DNA of 64,000 nt from Spirochaetia bacterium. Its GTDB lineage: Bacteria; Spirochaetota; Spirochaetia; WTKD01. Below, piece by piece: positions 18,855 through 30,061 of the stretch. A model generated the notes under the pieces. The model was not told where the DNA came from. It saw nothing but the letters and a program-made list of their open reading frames with translations, and made no database searches. Numbering within the stretch: the first letter of the stretch is position 1; every line of letters begins with the position of its first letter. The stretch is taken from contig OZ251568.1 in NCBI GenBank assembly GCA_965243525.1, positions 1,703,664 through 1,767,663 of the forward strand, written 5' to 3'. Position numbers and translations under genes: made by a program.

Positions 18855-20938
18855 TGGCAAAATCTTCATTATTTGGAGGAATTGATATTGGGAAACGCAG
18901 TGATTTTTTTGTTGCACTCAGCGTCGTATTTATTGTTATGATGCTCATCGTACCCCTTCCAGCGGTATTGCTCGACCTTTTGATGATAATTAACATCACC
19001 TTGAGCCTTGTTATTATCCTGGTTGTCCTCTACACAAAAGAATCCCTTGAGTTCACCATTTTTCCGACTATGCTCTTGGTGACCACTGTATTTGGACTTG
19101 CGCTGAATGTCTCTTCAACGCGGTTGATTCTCGCAAAGGGGAGTGCATTTGACGGACGCATTGTGCAGGCATTTGGGAAATTTGTGGTCGGTTCAAGTGG
19201 TGCATCTGGATTGGTTATTGGGATTATCATCTTTATTATCCTCGTAGCGGTGCAATTTCTTGTTATCACAAAAGGTTCAACGCGTGTCGCTGAAGTCGCA
19301 GCACGGTTTACATTGGATTCTTTGCCAGGAAAGCAGATGGCGATTGAAGCAGAATACAATACCGGGGCTTTGACTGAAGAAGAAATGACCAAGAAAAAAC
19401 GTGAACTTGAACGCGAGGTTGATTTTTATGGAGCGATGGACGGAGCTTCAAAATTCGTTTCTGGAAATGTTCGCGTTGGGATTCTCATAACCTTGGTGAA
19501 TATCATAGGCGGGCTTATCGTGGGGATGACGCTGCACGGTGAAAGCTTTGAGCTTGCTGCCAATACATATATATCGCTTACCATAGGGGATGGCCTGGTG
19601 ACTCAAATCCCGACCTTGCTCATCTCAACTGCAACAGGTTTGATTGTAACTCGTGCTGTTTCTGATAGCAGTTTTGGAAATGATGTAAGCACGCAGTTTT
19701 CTCGTCAAGGGCGCGTATACACAATTACAGGTATTTTTTTGGGCGTCTTGGCCATATTGCCAGGTTTTCCTTGGTATATCTTGATTCCTCTCTCTGCATT
19801 AGTTATATTCTTTTCGGTGATGCTTTCTCGAAAAAAGAAAAAAGAATTGTCAGAGCAAGAAGTAGCGCAGCAAAAGCCTGAAGAAGCAGAATCTCCTATT
19901 GTTGCACCGTTGGACCCCATGTCTTTGGAGATTGGCTATGCATTGGTGCCGCTTGTCGACAAGAGCAAGGGAGCAGAATTGTTGGATCGAATAACGGGCA
20001 TTCGACGAGAAATAGCTATTGAGCTTGGATTAGTCTTGCCACGGATTCGTATCGTTGACAATATGCGTCTTCAACCTTCTGAATATTCAATAAAAATACG
20101 TGGTGTTGAAATAAGCAAGGCTTCATTACGTATTGGAAAATACTTGGCGATAAATCCAGGAAATGCTGAATCTGATATAGAAGGAGAGGCCGCAAAGGAG
20201 CCTACGTTTGGACTTGATGCTTTGTGGATTCAAGAATCAGAACGGCATAAGGCTGAACGAAAGGGGTATACCGTTGTCGATGCTCCATCGATTATTACAA
20301 CCCACCTCACTGAGGTTATTCGTAGGCATGCAAGTGAAATTTTGGGCAGACAAGATGTGAAGCAAATGATTAATGCCCTCAACGAGCAGTATTCAGCCGT
20401 TGTTGAGGATGTCAACAAGCATCTGTCTACTGGAGAAATTCACAAAGTGCTTCAGCAACTTTTGATAGAACGCGTTTCGATTCGCAACCTTGTTTCAATT
20501 TTGGAATCGCTTGCTGACTATGCGGGGGTAAGCAAAGAGGCGACGTTCTTAACGGAAAAAGCACGGCAGGGGTTGGCAAGACAACTTTGTTCGCAATATT
20601 CAAATGAAAAAAATGAAATCAATGTCATGACAATTGACCCAAGTCTAGAAAAACACATCGTTGACTCGCGAGTGGACAGCAGCTCTGGACCAATAGCAGT
20701 ATTACAACCACCGCAATATCAAGAACTTGTGCAACAGGTGCAGAAGAGCATGCAGGAAATGATGCAAGCAGGGATGCATCCCATTGTTCTTTGTTCAGAG
20801 GCAGCACGTCCACTGTTACGAAAATTACTCCAATTCGATGTAAACCAATTAACAATTCTCTCAACACGTGAAATTGTTTCAGGATATACTGTCAATGCAG
20901 AATGGCAAATTCGTCTGACTGCTGAGGTGAATGTATGA
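18854..20938 (+). CDS. flhA: export apparatus protein FlhA
   Basis: RVAEVAARFTLDSLPGKQMAI, FYGAMDGASKFV, LTIGDGLVTQIP. Confidence 0.98.
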   Translation: MAKSSLFGGIDIGKRSDFFVALSVVFIVMMLIVPLPAVLLDLLMIINITLSLVIILVVLYTKESLEFTIFPTMLLVTTVFGLALNVSSTRLILAKGSAFDGRIVQAFGKFVVGSSGASGLVIGIIIFIILVAVQFLVITKGSTRVAEVAARFTLDSLPGKQMAIEAEYNTGALTEEEMTKKKRELEREVDFYGAMDGASKFVSGNVRVGILITLVNIIGGLIVGMTLHGESFELAANTYISLTIGDGLVTQIPTLLISTATGLIVTRAVSDSSFGNDVSTQFSRQGRVYTITGIFLGVLAILPGFPWYILIPLSALVIFFSVMLSRKKKKELSEQEVAQQKPEEAESPIVAPLDPMSLEIGYALVPLVDKSKGAELLDRITGIRREIAIELGLVLPRIRIVDNMRLQPSEYSIKIRGVEISKASLRIGKYLAINPGNAESDIEGEAAKEPTFGLDALWIQESERHKAERKGYTVVDAPSIITTHLTEVIRRHASEILGRQDVKQMINALNEQYSAVVEDVNKHLSTGEIHKVLQQLLIERVSIRNLVSILESLADYAGVSKEATFLTEKARQGLARQLCSQYSNEKNEINVMTIDPSLEKHIVDSRVDSSSGPIAVLQPPQYQELVQQVQKSMQEMMQAGMHPIVLCSEAARPLLRKLLQFDVNQLTILSTREIVSGYTVNAEWQIRLTAEVNV

Positions 20939-22125
20939 ATGTATTTGTAGAACGCGGACAAAGTGATGAGGAAGTGCACAGACTCATACGTCAAAAATAC
21001 GGTGACCAAGCACGCATCATGTCTCGTCGGGAATACAAGGAAGGTGGCTTTTTGGGGATGTTTGCTCGACGTATGGTTGAGATTTCAGGATATGCGCAAC
21101 AGACGGTGTTTTCTAAAAGCAAGAAGAATGATACTGAGGCCTTTCAAGCAAACAAGGAAGAATTGCTGCAAACAATGAAAAAGCAACCCCAACATACGCC
21201 GTATCAAGAGATCTTGGACGAGGTAAAGACATTGCGTGATGAGATCAAACAGAATTCCGCGAACACTCAAGCGCAAACTGATATCCATCCTAGTATTCAA
21301 CGAATCAGAAAGATATTAGAGGATAACGAATTCACTCCTTCTGTAATTGCAGAAATAGAAGCAAAACTCATGCAACAATTCTCGCTAGACGATCTTGAGA
21401 ATCCCCGCATGATAGACCTCTGTGTTCTGCGGTGGATTGCGGATAACATTGTTGAAACCACAACTGACTATGCAACACAAAAACAGATTGTTATCTTGAT
21501 CGGTCCTACCGGAGTTGGAAAAACGACAACGATAGCCAAACTTGCTGCACTCTATGGGATGAAGTATAAACAATTAGAGCAACTTCGCCTGATCACAATA
21601 GATAATTATCGCATTGGTGCTGTCGAACAAATCAAAACCTATGGAAAGATCATGAATATTCCGGTTTTTACGGCAGACAGTAGGGAAGGGGTACAGAAAA
21701 CTCTTGCCTTGCAGGATGCCGATAGCATTATGTTTATTGATACTATTGGGAAGAGCCCTAATGATTTTCAACATCTTGGCAGTATGCGGGCGGTACTTGA
21801 GCCTTGTATGGCCCAGGCTCAGGTGATAATCTGTGTATCGGCTACAACGAAAATCAGTGATGCAAGAGAAATCATCAGACAATACGATATTTTCAATATT
21901 GCTTCGGTTATTTTTACAAAAATTGATGAAACAAAAAATATAGGTGCGGTTATATCGCTTTTGATTGAATCGCAAAAACCACTGAGTCATATAACAGTTG
22001 GTCAAAAGGTTCCCTCAGATATTCTCGAAGGGGGTAAAATAAAACTGCTTGAACGTCTGCACGGCTTTTCGCTTCAGCGAGAAGAAATCCAGTCGATAAT
22101 TGAAGAGGCGGATATTAAGGTGTAA
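20935..22125 (+). CDS. flhF: SRP-family GTPase FlhF
   Basis: [34 protein letters not shown]. Confidence 0.95.
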   Translation: MNVFVERGQSDEEVHRLIRQKYGDQARIMSRREYKEGGFLGMFARRMVEISGYAQQTVFSKSKKNDTEAFQANKEELLQTMKKQPQHTPYQEILDEVKTLRDEIKQNSANTQAQTDIHPSIQRIRKILEDNEFTPSVIAEIEAKLMQQFSLDDLENPRMIDLCVLRWIADNIVETTTDYATQKQIVILIGPTGVGKTTTIAKLAALYGMKYKQLEQLRLITIDNYRIGAVEQIKTYGKIMNIPVFTADSREGVQKTLALQDADSIMFIDTIGKSPNDFQHLGSMRAVLEPCMAQAQVIICVSATTKISDAREIIRQYDIFNIASVIFTKIDETKNIGAVISLLIESQKPLSHITVGQKVPSDILEGGKIKLLERLHGFSLQREEIQSIIEEADIKV

Positions 22126-22135
22126 TGAGAATAGT

Positions 22136-23047
22136 ATGAGTGACCAAGCAGAAGTACTTCGAGAGTTGATGAAATCAAAAGAGATTGGAACGAAGAAGAA
22201 ACCAGTGCAACAACAGGTGGTTGAATCTTCTTCCAAGACGCGAATTATAACATTTGCAAGTGGGAAGGGTGGAGTAGGCAAGACAAACATTGCCACTAAT
22301 TTGGGGATTGCCCTTGCAAGTTTTAACAAAAAGGTTGTCTTGATCGATGCAGATCTTGGATTGGCGAATATCAATGTTCTCCTTGGATTTATTCCGAAAT
22401 ACAATCTCTATCATTTGATTCGAAAACAAAAAACATTAAATGAAATAATCGTGCACACGCAGTATGGGGTGAAGGTCATTGCAGGAGCTTCTGGATTTTC
22501 CCGCATCGCAAACCTTTCGGATGCGGAACGATACGCCGTGGTGAGTGGATTGCTTGCCCTTTCAGAGGCAGATTACATTATTATCGATGCAGGAGCGGGA
22601 GTTTCGAACAATGTTCTTTCTTTTGTGAACGCTGCTGATGAGTCAATCATTGTTACAACCCCTGAACCGACCTCGATAACCGATGCCTATGGGATTATAA
22701 AAATCATCGCTACTGAAACAGATCACTGGCCTCCAAAAATACATCTGTTGGTGAATCGTGTGCAGACAGCGATACAGGGAAAAAAAGTTGCTGAACGCAT
22801 GTCTTCGATTGCGGCAACGTTTTTGAACACCAAAATTGACTATCTTGGATATGTTTATGATGATCCAAAAATTAGCGAATCGGTGCAAAAACAAAAACCA
22901 TTTTTTGTGCATACACCTCGCTCAAAAGCATCGCAATGTATTTTGCAAACTGCTCAGATAATTGACAATGTTGATCAGGTAAATCGAAAAGGTATCAAAG
23001 GATTTTTGAAACGTTTGAGTAAAAATAAGGTTGTTGACACGGATTAA
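22136..23047 (+). CDS. flhG: MinD-like ATPase FlhG
   Basis: DQAEVLR activator helix, SGKGGVGKT, DADLGLAN, TPEPTSITDAY. Confidence 0.95.
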   Translation: MSDQAEVLRELMKSKEIGTKKKPVQQQVVESSSKTRIITFASGKGGVGKTNIATNLGIALASFNKKVVLIDADLGLANINVLLGFIPKYNLYHLIRKQKTLNEIIVHTQYGVKVIAGASGFSRIANLSDAERYAVVSGLLALSEADYIIIDAGAGVSNNVLSFVNAADESIIVTTPEPTSITDAYGIIKIIATETDHWPPKIHLLVNRVQTAIQGKKVAERMSSIAATFLNTKIDYLGYVYDDPKISESVQKQKPFFVHTPRSKASQCILQTAQIIDNVDQVNRKGIKGFLKRLSKNKVVDTD

Positions 23048-23074
23048 TAGAGCAATGTATCGTGATTTTAGTAT

Positions 23075-23557
23075 TTGGAGAATATTGCTATGCAGATGAC
23101 ACTTGGCTTTTTCCTTGGTGCGCTGGCAATGTTTGTTGCCGTAGTGAGCGGTATTTTTGGAGGGGTAGGGTTTTGGAGTGTGGTGGTACGTTCTCTTGTT
23201 AGTGGACTTGTTTTTCTGGGAATAGGCTTTGTTGGAGAACGATTTTTGAAATCTACTATTTCTAACAAAGCTGTAAAGAACGAAGCAAGGGATGATTCCC
23301 ATGATTCTCATGTTGGAACGAAGGTTGATTTGGTCGATGAGGATGACGGTGCATTTTTCGATGCCTATGAAGACGAGGGAATAAATCCAACAAATCTTGA
23401 TCAGCAGGAACCTTCCAAATTTTCCACTGATTCTATTGAAACTGATTTACGAAATGATGATGAATTTTCTGGTGCATCGCTTGCCGGTTTAAGTCAGGAA
23501 GATCCTATAAATCTTGCAAAGGGTATACAGACGATTTTAGAATCTGAAAAAGAATAA
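23075..23557 (+). CDS. flgV: FlgV-like two-TM flagellar protein
   Basis: Two N-terminal TMs, acidic linker, C-terminal helix DPINLAKGIQTIL; position right after flhG as recalled for Borrelia flgV. Confidence 0.65.
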   Translation: MENIAMQMTLGFFLGALAMFVAVVSGIFGGVGFWSVVVRSLVSGLVFLGIGFVGERFLKSTISNKAVKNEARDDSHDSHVGTKVDLVDEDDGAFFDAYEDEGINPTNLDQQEPSKFSTDSIETDLRNDDEFSGASLAGLSQEDPINLAKGIQTILESEKE

Positions 23558-23558
23558 C

Positions 23559-24359
23559 ATGCAAAAGAAACAAGCACAGCAGGTAATTGATACGGATAAA
23601 GAAATTGAACGTTGGTTAGAATACAAACGAACAGGAAATCCTACGATTCGTGATGCGATTATTCGGCAATATGCTCCACTGGTGAAATATGTTGCGGGAA
23701 AAGTTATCGCAGGGATGCCAGGAAATATTGAATTTGACGATCTTGTGGGGTATGGGGTTTTTGGGTTGATTGATGCTATTGAAAAATTTGATCCAGAAAA
23801 ACATGTGAAGTTTAAAACCTATGCGGTAACGCGCATCCGCGGTGCTATTTTTGATGAATTACGCACGCTTGATTGGGTTCCGAGATCGGTTCGCCAAAAA
23901 GCTCGCGAAATGGAAGACGCAATTGCACGATTAGAGGCACAGAAGGGAAGACCTTCTTCTGATAATGAGATTGCACGCAGCATGGGGTTAGAACTCAAGG
24001 ATTTTCAAAAATTGGTTTTGAAACTCAGTGGAACAACGGTATTGTCGCTGAATGAAATGTGGCAAGGTCAGGAATCTGGTGAGAAAATTGCAATTATGGA
24101 CAATATTGAGGCTCCAAAAAGTCTGAACCCTGAATTTATTGTCGAAAAAGATGAAATAAAGCAATTGATTATTGCCTCTATTAAGGAATTACCAGATAAA
24201 GAGAAAAAGGTCCTCATTCTCTATTATTACGAAGACCTTACTTTGAAAGAAATAGGCGCAGTGCTTGGAGTAACCGAATCGAGAGTGTCTCAATTGCACA
24301 CAAAAGCGGTTATGCGCTTGCGAAGTAAATTAAGCAATCTTAAAAAAGGTATTCTATGA
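23559..24359 (+). CDS. fliA: FliA/WhiG family sigma28 factor
   Basis: DLVGYGVFGLIDAIEKFD, RIRGAIFDELRTLDWVPRSVR, LTLKEIGAVLGVTESRVSQLH. Confidence 0.96.
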   Translation: MQKKQAQQVIDTDKEIERWLEYKRTGNPTIRDAIIRQYAPLVKYVAGKVIAGMPGNIEFDDLVGYGVFGLIDAIEKFDPEKHVKFKTYAVTRIRGAIFDELRTLDWVPRSVRQKAREMEDAIARLEAQKGRPSSDNEIARSMGLELKDFQKLVLKLSGTTVLSLNEMWQGQESGEKIAIMDNIEAPKSLNPEFIVEKDEIKQLIIASIKELPDKEKKVLILYYYEDLTLKEIGAVLGVTESRVSQLHTKAVMRLRSKLSNLKKGIL

Positions 24360-26287
24360 AGCAATTTACCTTGCAACAGGTAAAAGAGAAAATGCGTAAT
24401 ATTGCGCTGATTGAGATGAATAGTCAGCCTATAGAAGCAAGAGGAGATACTTTAGAAGATGCATTGATGAATGCTGCAAAAAAAGCTGGAGTTTCTCCTA
24501 ACACATTAGAGTATGAAATTGTGGATCGTGGTTCAAAAGGCATTGCCGGCATTGGATCTCTGCAGTATCGAATACTTGCCAGAGTGAATGAAGATGCCAA
24601 GGAATCGCAAGAAGGAGAGAGGCTTGAGGCAGTAGCCAAGGACGGACAGTTCTATATCAGGACGTATGGGGGCAGAATACTGCTCAAGGTTACCCCTCCA
24701 AAGCAAGGTGGAGCACCTGTTTTGTCGCATGGTATTCTTGAGATGCTTCGCGAACGAACCGATGGCAAAATTGACAAGAACAAGGTTGAGGCTGTTGTTG
24801 AAAGAGCAAAAGATGTGTATGAGTCTATTGGATATTTTGAAAATAATGCTTTAGAGAACGGAATAGCCAAGTGTACTATTGCACCGGATCAGTTGACTGC
24901 TTCGATTATTTTGTTTCCGCCTGGATTAAATGGAGCAGATCTCACTGAGAAAGATATTAGGGATATCTTATACGAAGCGGAGGTACTTGAAGGGGTTGAT
25001 AATGCGAAGATAAAGCAGGTGATTGAATATCCTGAATATTATGAACCAGTTGATGTTGCCTTTGGAAAACCGCCAATTAAGGGTGAGAATGCGATTATTC
25101 AGTATAATTTTGAGGCATCTCCTTCTGAATATGTGTTGAGAGCCCACAAGGATGCATTCACGATGAGTGAGTTTGTTGACTTACAGAACGTCAGAAAGGG
25201 CGATGTGGTTGCTGAAAAAATTCCACTGAAGCTGGGAAAAGATGGAAGAGCAGTGACTGGAGAGCATATTTCAGCCCCTGATGGAATTGACCGGGATATA
25301 CCTATTGGCGCAAATGTGTCTCTTTCTGAAGATAAGAAACAAGCTATCGCTAATACAAGTGGGGTGGTGAGGATTCGTGCTGAATGCGTTGTGATAGATC
25401 CTGTTTATACGGTTAATGGAAACGCTGGAATAAAAACAGGAAGCATTGATTTTGTTGGTTCGGTGATAATAAAGGGAAATGTTGAGGATAATGTTGAGAT
25501 TATCGCAGAAGGGGATATCAATGTGCTTGGTACGGTGGGGAATGCGATTTTAAAGGCATCTGGAAATATCTATGTGTTGCGGGGTATTTCTGGAGGAACC
25601 GATTGTAAGATCACCTCTGGCGCAAGTATTATTGCGCGGTTTGCAGAAAACTGTTCTGTTAGGGTGAAAGAATTTCTGGTAGTAAGTGACGGTATTATTA
25701 ATTCTGAGGTTATTTCCATGAACAGCGTCATTAGTCGAGGACGTCGAGCTTCAATCGTTGGAGGAAGTATCACAGCAACAAAACTTGTTGAGACAAAGAA
25801 TCTTGGATCAAAAACAGGAGCAAAGACACATATTGAAGTAGGGGTCGACCCAGAAGTTCGTATGCGAGAGATAGAATTAACAAGGAATATTGCTGGAATA
25901 ACTAAGGAGATTCAACAGTTGAAAAACCACATGGATGTATTAGAGCGACGTATTCGTCTCAAGAAGGTATCAGGTGGCGAGAAAAACGTATCCTCGAGGG
26001 ATAGTGACGAGTTTCGTGAAGGGCAAGAACGACTCAATGAATTGATCTCTAAACGTAGGGAAGAAGAATATGAACTTGAAAGTATCAAAGAAGAATTGAG
26101 TTCACACAAGGCAGAAGGCAGTATTAGTGTTTATCGGAAGATATATCCTGGAGTACAGGTTATTGTTGGAGGTGAACGACTGCAGATACAGCGTGAACAA
26201 CAGTATAAAACATATGTCTCTAAAGATGGAGTGGTCATTCCGCAAACCTATGAAGAGCCACGAGTGGATATTCCAACAAAACACTAA
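24356..26287 (+). CDS. FapA/DUF342 family protein with Jag_N-like N-terminal domain
   Basis: N-terminal GDTLEDAL..LEYEIVDRGSKGIAG; central beta-helix-like TGSIDFVGSVIIKGNV; C-terminal IYPGVQV. Confidence 0.85.
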   Translation: MKQFTLQQVKEKMRNIALIEMNSQPIEARGDTLEDALMNAAKKAGVSPNTLEYEIVDRGSKGIAGIGSLQYRILARVNEDAKESQEGERLEAVAKDGQFYIRTYGGRILLKVTPPKQGGAPVLSHGILEMLRERTDGKIDKNKVEAVVERAKDVYESIGYFENNALENGIAKCTIAPDQLTASIILFPPGLNGADLTEKDIRDILYEAEVLEGVDNAKIKQVIEYPEYYEPVDVAFGKPPIKGENAIIQYNFEASPSEYVLRAHKDAFTMSEFVDLQNVRKGDVVAEKIPLKLGKDGRAVTGEHISAPDGIDRDIPIGANVSLSEDKKQAIANTSGVVRIRAECVVIDPVYTVNGNAGIKTGSIDFVGSVIIKGNVEDNVEIIAEGDINVLGTVGNAILKASGNIYVLRGISGGTDCKITSGASIIARFAENCSVRVKEFLVVSDGIINSEVISMNSVISRGRRASIVGGSITATKLVETKNLGSKTGAKTHIEVGVDPEVRMREIELTRNIAGITKEIQQLKNHMDVLERRIRLKKVSGGEKNVSSRDSDEFREGQERLNELISKRREEEYELESIKEELSSHKAEGSISVYRKIYPGVQVIVGGERLQIQREQQYKTYVSKDGVVIPQTYEEPRVDIPTKH

Positions 26288-26595
26288 TGTCATTTCGTCC
26301 CATTGATTTACAGGCTTTATTTATGCAATTACAACAAGCAGCAAATGGGGTAAATGCACAAAAACACACCTTAAAAAACAGAGAGCTTCGATACGGAGAT
26401 AAGGTCATTAAGAAAAGTCAGCGTTCAAAAGAACACGTTGATACGATTGACGAAGCACAAGCAACAGATGTCCAAATTGATCAGAAAAAACAGCAAGCAT
26501 CTTCTGTTGGGCATCATGGAAAACATATATCACATGAAACTCATCCCACAATTGTAGACAAACAGCTTGGAAAACGTATAGATATAAATAAGTGA
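26287..26595 (+). CDS. conserved flagellar-operon hypothetical protein
   Basis: MSFRPIDLQ...LGKRIDI pattern typical of the gene after fapA; TAATG coupling. Confidence 0.7.
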   Translation: MSFRPIDLQALFMQLQQAANGVNAQKHTLKNRELRYGDKVIKKSQRSKEHVDTIDEAQATDVQIDQKKQQASSVGHHGKHISHETHPTIVDKQLGKRIDINK

Positions 26596-27173
26596 CCTTT
26601 TTTGTATTTATCATAATAGTCCTCTGCTCAGCACTTTCTGCAATTGGGGTGTATATAATCATTAATCGAAAATTGCAATCTTCGCAGTATATAGAAAAAA
26701 TGCTTCAGATTGTTCAAAATGAAGTAACTGAGCTAGTTAGTGAAATTAATGCGGTTACTGATAGAAATATCACGATTGTGGATGATCGAGTAAAACAGGT
26801 TCGTCTTCTGATGCAAAAGTCTGAGAAACTTATTGCTCGCTCAAAAGAAACGCACGATTATATGCGAGATCTTTTGCGTGATCTTGAAACTTTGCATCAG
26901 GATACCACTGCTTCCCACGTTCAAAAAGAACAGGGGCATGATTTTCATGAGGTTTCTAATCGCCGGGATGAAGGTGATCAATCAGCGGTTGGTGATCGTG
27001 CACAGGATATGCGCCCGGTGGAGCCGCATCAGATTGGGCAGGAGATACTGCGATTGCACAACGAGGGAGGTTATGATACTGCTGCTATTGCAAAAAAATT
27101 ATCGGTTTCAGAAACTGAAGTTGAAACAGCGTTGTCATTTTCTACATATAAGCTAACAGAGGGGAAGAAATAG
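26592..27173 (+). CDS. membrane-anchored coiled-coil protein with C-terminal HTH (DUF6115-like)
   Basis: TM, EINAVTDRNITIVDDRV, C-terminal IAKKLSVSETEV. Confidence 0.7.
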   Translation: MTFFVFIIIVLCSALSAIGVYIIINRKLQSSQYIEKMLQIVQNEVTELVSEINAVTDRNITIVDDRVKQVRLLMQKSEKLIARSKETHDYMRDLLRDLETLHQDTTASHVQKEQGHDFHEVSNRRDEGDQSAVGDRAQDMRPVEPHQIGQEILRLHNEGGYDTAAIAKKLSVSETEVETALSFSTYKLTEGKK

Positions 27174-27178
27174 GATAT

Positions 27179-28447
27179 ATGGTTATAAACGGAATAAGTG
27201 TTTTTATAGGAATTATGGGATTTTTTTTGGGAGTATTGGTGGGGATTATCTATTTCTTTATACGGCGGGCTGTCTTTGTGCAAAAGGAAGCAGAACTTAG
27301 GGCAAAATTAGTACAATCTGAAACAGCCCAAAGTGATACCACAACCCAATACAAAGCATACGGTGAATTGTTGAATTACGCTCAAGAAAGTCTTGCAAAG
27401 CAGTTTGAATTACTAACTATGAAGCTCTATGAGAAAAAATCGCAACAACTTGAGTCAGTAAGCAAAAATACATTCGCAGAAGTATTGAAACCTTTCCACA
27501 CGCAGTTGCGTGATTTTCAAAATTTTGTGCAGATGAATACACGGAGCGATGCCGGTGAACGAGGGCAATTAAAGCAAGAATTATCACGCTTGCTTGAGTT
27601 GAACCAGCGCCTGAGCAAAGATGCAGCAAACCTCACTGAAGCTCTCACGAGTTCATCGAAAACACAGGGAACATGGGGAGAGATTCAGCTTGAACGCATT
27701 CTTGAGGTTTCTGGACTGACAAAGAACCGGGAGTATCAAACACAGGTAAGCCTCAAAACAGATATTGGAACAACGCTTCGACCAGATGTGATTATTTTTC
27801 TTCCGCAGAACAGAAAAATTGTTATAGACTCCAAGGTTTCATTAACTGCATATGAACGGTATATCTCAGCAGATAACACCGAAGAACAGGGCATGCAATT
27901 ATCATTACATATCACATCGCTTCGTAGGCATATAGAACAATTGGCAGAAAAAGAATACCACAAATTACAGGATTCAAGTGTTGATACGGTGTTTATGTTT
28001 GTGCCAATAGATGCGGCGGTGGTTCTTGCGGTGCAACAGGATCGTGATCTCTATACGTATTCGTTGGCAAAAAATATTGTTTTGCTCAGCCCTTCAACTT
28101 TGATTCCCGCTTTGCGCATTGTTGAACAGATGTGGCGCCAAGAAAAACAATCGGAAAATGCAAAGTATATTGCAAAAGCTGCAGGAAAATTGCTTGATAA
28201 ATTTTCTGGCTTCGTTGATGATCTGATGCAACTAGGCAAGCGTCTCTCATCTGCACAGGATTTTCATACGGCTGCTATGAAAAAATTGGCCTCAGGGAGG
28301 GGGAACCTCGTGCAATCAGCAAAGAAGATCAAGGAAATGGGAGTTCTGCTCAACAAAGAAATTCCTGAAGAAAGCGAAGTTTTGAAAGACATATCTGAGG
28401 TTGAGATGCAAACAGCCTCGGTTGAAGAGCCTTCTTTGTTCGAGTAA
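27179..28447 (+). CDS. rmuC: DNA recombination protein RmuC
   Basis: QGTWGEIQLERILEVSGL, RPDVIIFLP, IVIDSKVSL, SPSTL. Confidence 0.95.
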   Translation: MVINGISVFIGIMGFFLGVLVGIIYFFIRRAVFVQKEAELRAKLVQSETAQSDTTTQYKAYGELLNYAQESLAKQFELLTMKLYEKKSQQLESVSKNTFAEVLKPFHTQLRDFQNFVQMNTRSDAGERGQLKQELSRLLELNQRLSKDAANLTEALTSSSKTQGTWGEIQLERILEVSGLTKNREYQTQVSLKTDIGTTLRPDVIIFLPQNRKIVIDSKVSLTAYERYISADNTEEQGMQLSLHITSLRRHIEQLAEKEYHKLQDSSVDTVFMFVPIDAAVVLAVQQDRDLYTYSLAKNIVLLSPSTLIPALRIVEQMWRQEKQSENAKYIAKAAGKLLDKFSGFVDDLMQLGKRLSSAQDFHTAAMKKLASGRGNLVQSAKKIKEMGVLLNKEIPEESEVLKDISEVEMQTASVEEPSLFE

Positions 28448-28456
28448 TAAGATATT

Positions 28457-30061
28457 TTAGTTGGTTTGCCAGTGGATTTGTGGAATCATTTTCACGAGCT
28501 CTTGGGTATATGCGTGCTGTGGTTCATGAAAGAGGTCAATTGCATTAGTGTGTTCAACAAAGCAACCATTATATAAAACAGCGATGCTATCACACATATA
28601 CTGCACAACAGGCAAGTCATGACTGATAAAAATCAATGTAAATCCAATGCTCTGTTGCAGAGATTTCAGCAGATCAAGGATTACTTTTTGCACGGAAACA
28701 TCCAAGGCAGATGTTGGTTCGTCACAAATTAATAGTTTTGGCTCCACAGCGAGGGCGCGTGCAATCGCGATACGTTGCTTTTGCCCACCAGAAAACTCCC
28801 GAGGATATTTATCTATTGATTGAAGGGGTAATTCCACCATCTCAAGGAGATTTTTTACCTTGGAGTGGACAATTTTTCGAGGCAATCCTTTGTCTCCAGC
28901 ACGGATAGCTTCTGCAAGATGGCTCTTAATAGATAATTTTGGATTCAATGAAGAATAGGGATCCTGAAAAACCATTTGCACGAAAACCCGAAGATTTTTT
29001 GGAAACCTCTTTCCTGCAGGGATGACAGTATCTGCGATACGAATGTCTCCCATCTGCACGCGTTGAATCCCAGTGAGGAGTCGTGCAATAGTTGTCTTTC
29101 CTGACCCAGACTCTCCCAAAATACCAACTGACTCTCCTCGGTGAATATGGAAATTGAGGCTATCAAGTGTTTTTTTGTTTTCATGGGCTGAGAACACATT
29201 TCCTTTGTATGTATGAGATATGTTCTCTAATGATATATAGGGGGAAGTGGAATAATTGAAAGAAGATTTTGAAACAAGAATCTTTGGAACTGAATTAAGA
29301 AGCATTTTTGAATACGCCTCTTTTGGGTTCGTTAAAACCTCCAGGGCATCACCATATTCAACGATTGATCCATCTTTCATAACCATGGCGGTGTCGGCAA
29401 TTTGTGAAACAACCCCAATGTTGTGCGTAATAACCAAAATAGCCAAATTCTGCGATCTTCGAAGATGATCGAGGAGCAACAGAATTTGATATTGGATTGA
29501 AACATCAAGTGCGGTCACTGGTTCGTCTGCAATAAGCAGTTTTGGATTTCCAGACAGAGCAAGAGCGATCACAACGCGTTGTCGCTGTCCACCAGAGAGT
29601 TGGTGAGGATAGGAATTGCGTATACGAGAAATGTTTTTGATACCCACTTCATTGAGCAAGGAATCTATCCGTTCTTCTATTTCGGTGATGCCTAGACCCG
29701 GGTTGCTTGCCTGCAATGTTTCGCGTAGATGTGCCTCTATATTGAGTAAGGGGTTAAGAGATGAGCCATGTTCCTGAAATATGCTTCCTATTTGTTTTCC
29801 GCGAAGGGCGCGCCAATTTTTTTCGTTAAAACTGTGCAGAGGGTCCTTGTTTAAGAAGATGTTTCCCTGTGTGATGCGCGCATTCTTTGCAAGTAATCCA
29901 GAAATAGCAAGCCCAATTGTTGATTTTCCAGCACCAGATTCTCCTACGATTCCCAGTATTTTTCCTGATTCCAGAGAGAAAGATATATCTTGTACTGCAG
30001 CAGTGGTGTGTATGCCGCTGGTGTAGCTAACGCTGAGGTTATTTACAGAAAGAAGAGACAT
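28457..30061 (-). CDS. peptide/nickel ABC transporter, fused double ATPase
   Basis: Two Walker A ([16 protein letters not shown]), [12 protein letters not shown] and [12 protein letters not shown]; start trimmed to the ATG overlapping the permease stop. Confidence 0.93.
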   Translation of the reverse strand: MSLLSVNNLSVSYTSGIHTTAAVQDISFSLESGKILGIVGESGAGKSTIGLAISGLLAKNARITQGNIFLNKDPLHSFNEKNWRALRGKQIGSIFQEHGSSLNPLLNIEAHLRETLQASNPGLGITEIEERIDSLLNEVGIKNISRIRNSYPHQLSGGQRQRVVIALALSGNPKLLIADEPVTALDVSIQYQILLLLDHLRRSQNLAILVITHNIGVVSQIADTAMVMKDGSIVEYGDALEVLTNPKEAYSKMLLNSVPKILVSKSSFNYSTSPYISLENISHTYKGNVFSAHENKKTLDSLNFHIHRGESVGILGESGSGKTTIARLLTGIQRVQMGDIRIADTVIPAGKRFPKNLRVFVQMVFQDPYSSLNPKLSIKSHLAEAIRAGDKGLPRKIVHSKVKNLLEMVELPLQSIDKYPREFSGGQKQRIAIARALAVEPKLLICDEPTSALDVSVQKVILDLLKSLQQSIGFTLIFISHDLPVVQYMCDSIAVLYNGCFVEHTNAIDLFHEPQHAYTQELVKMIPQIHWQTN

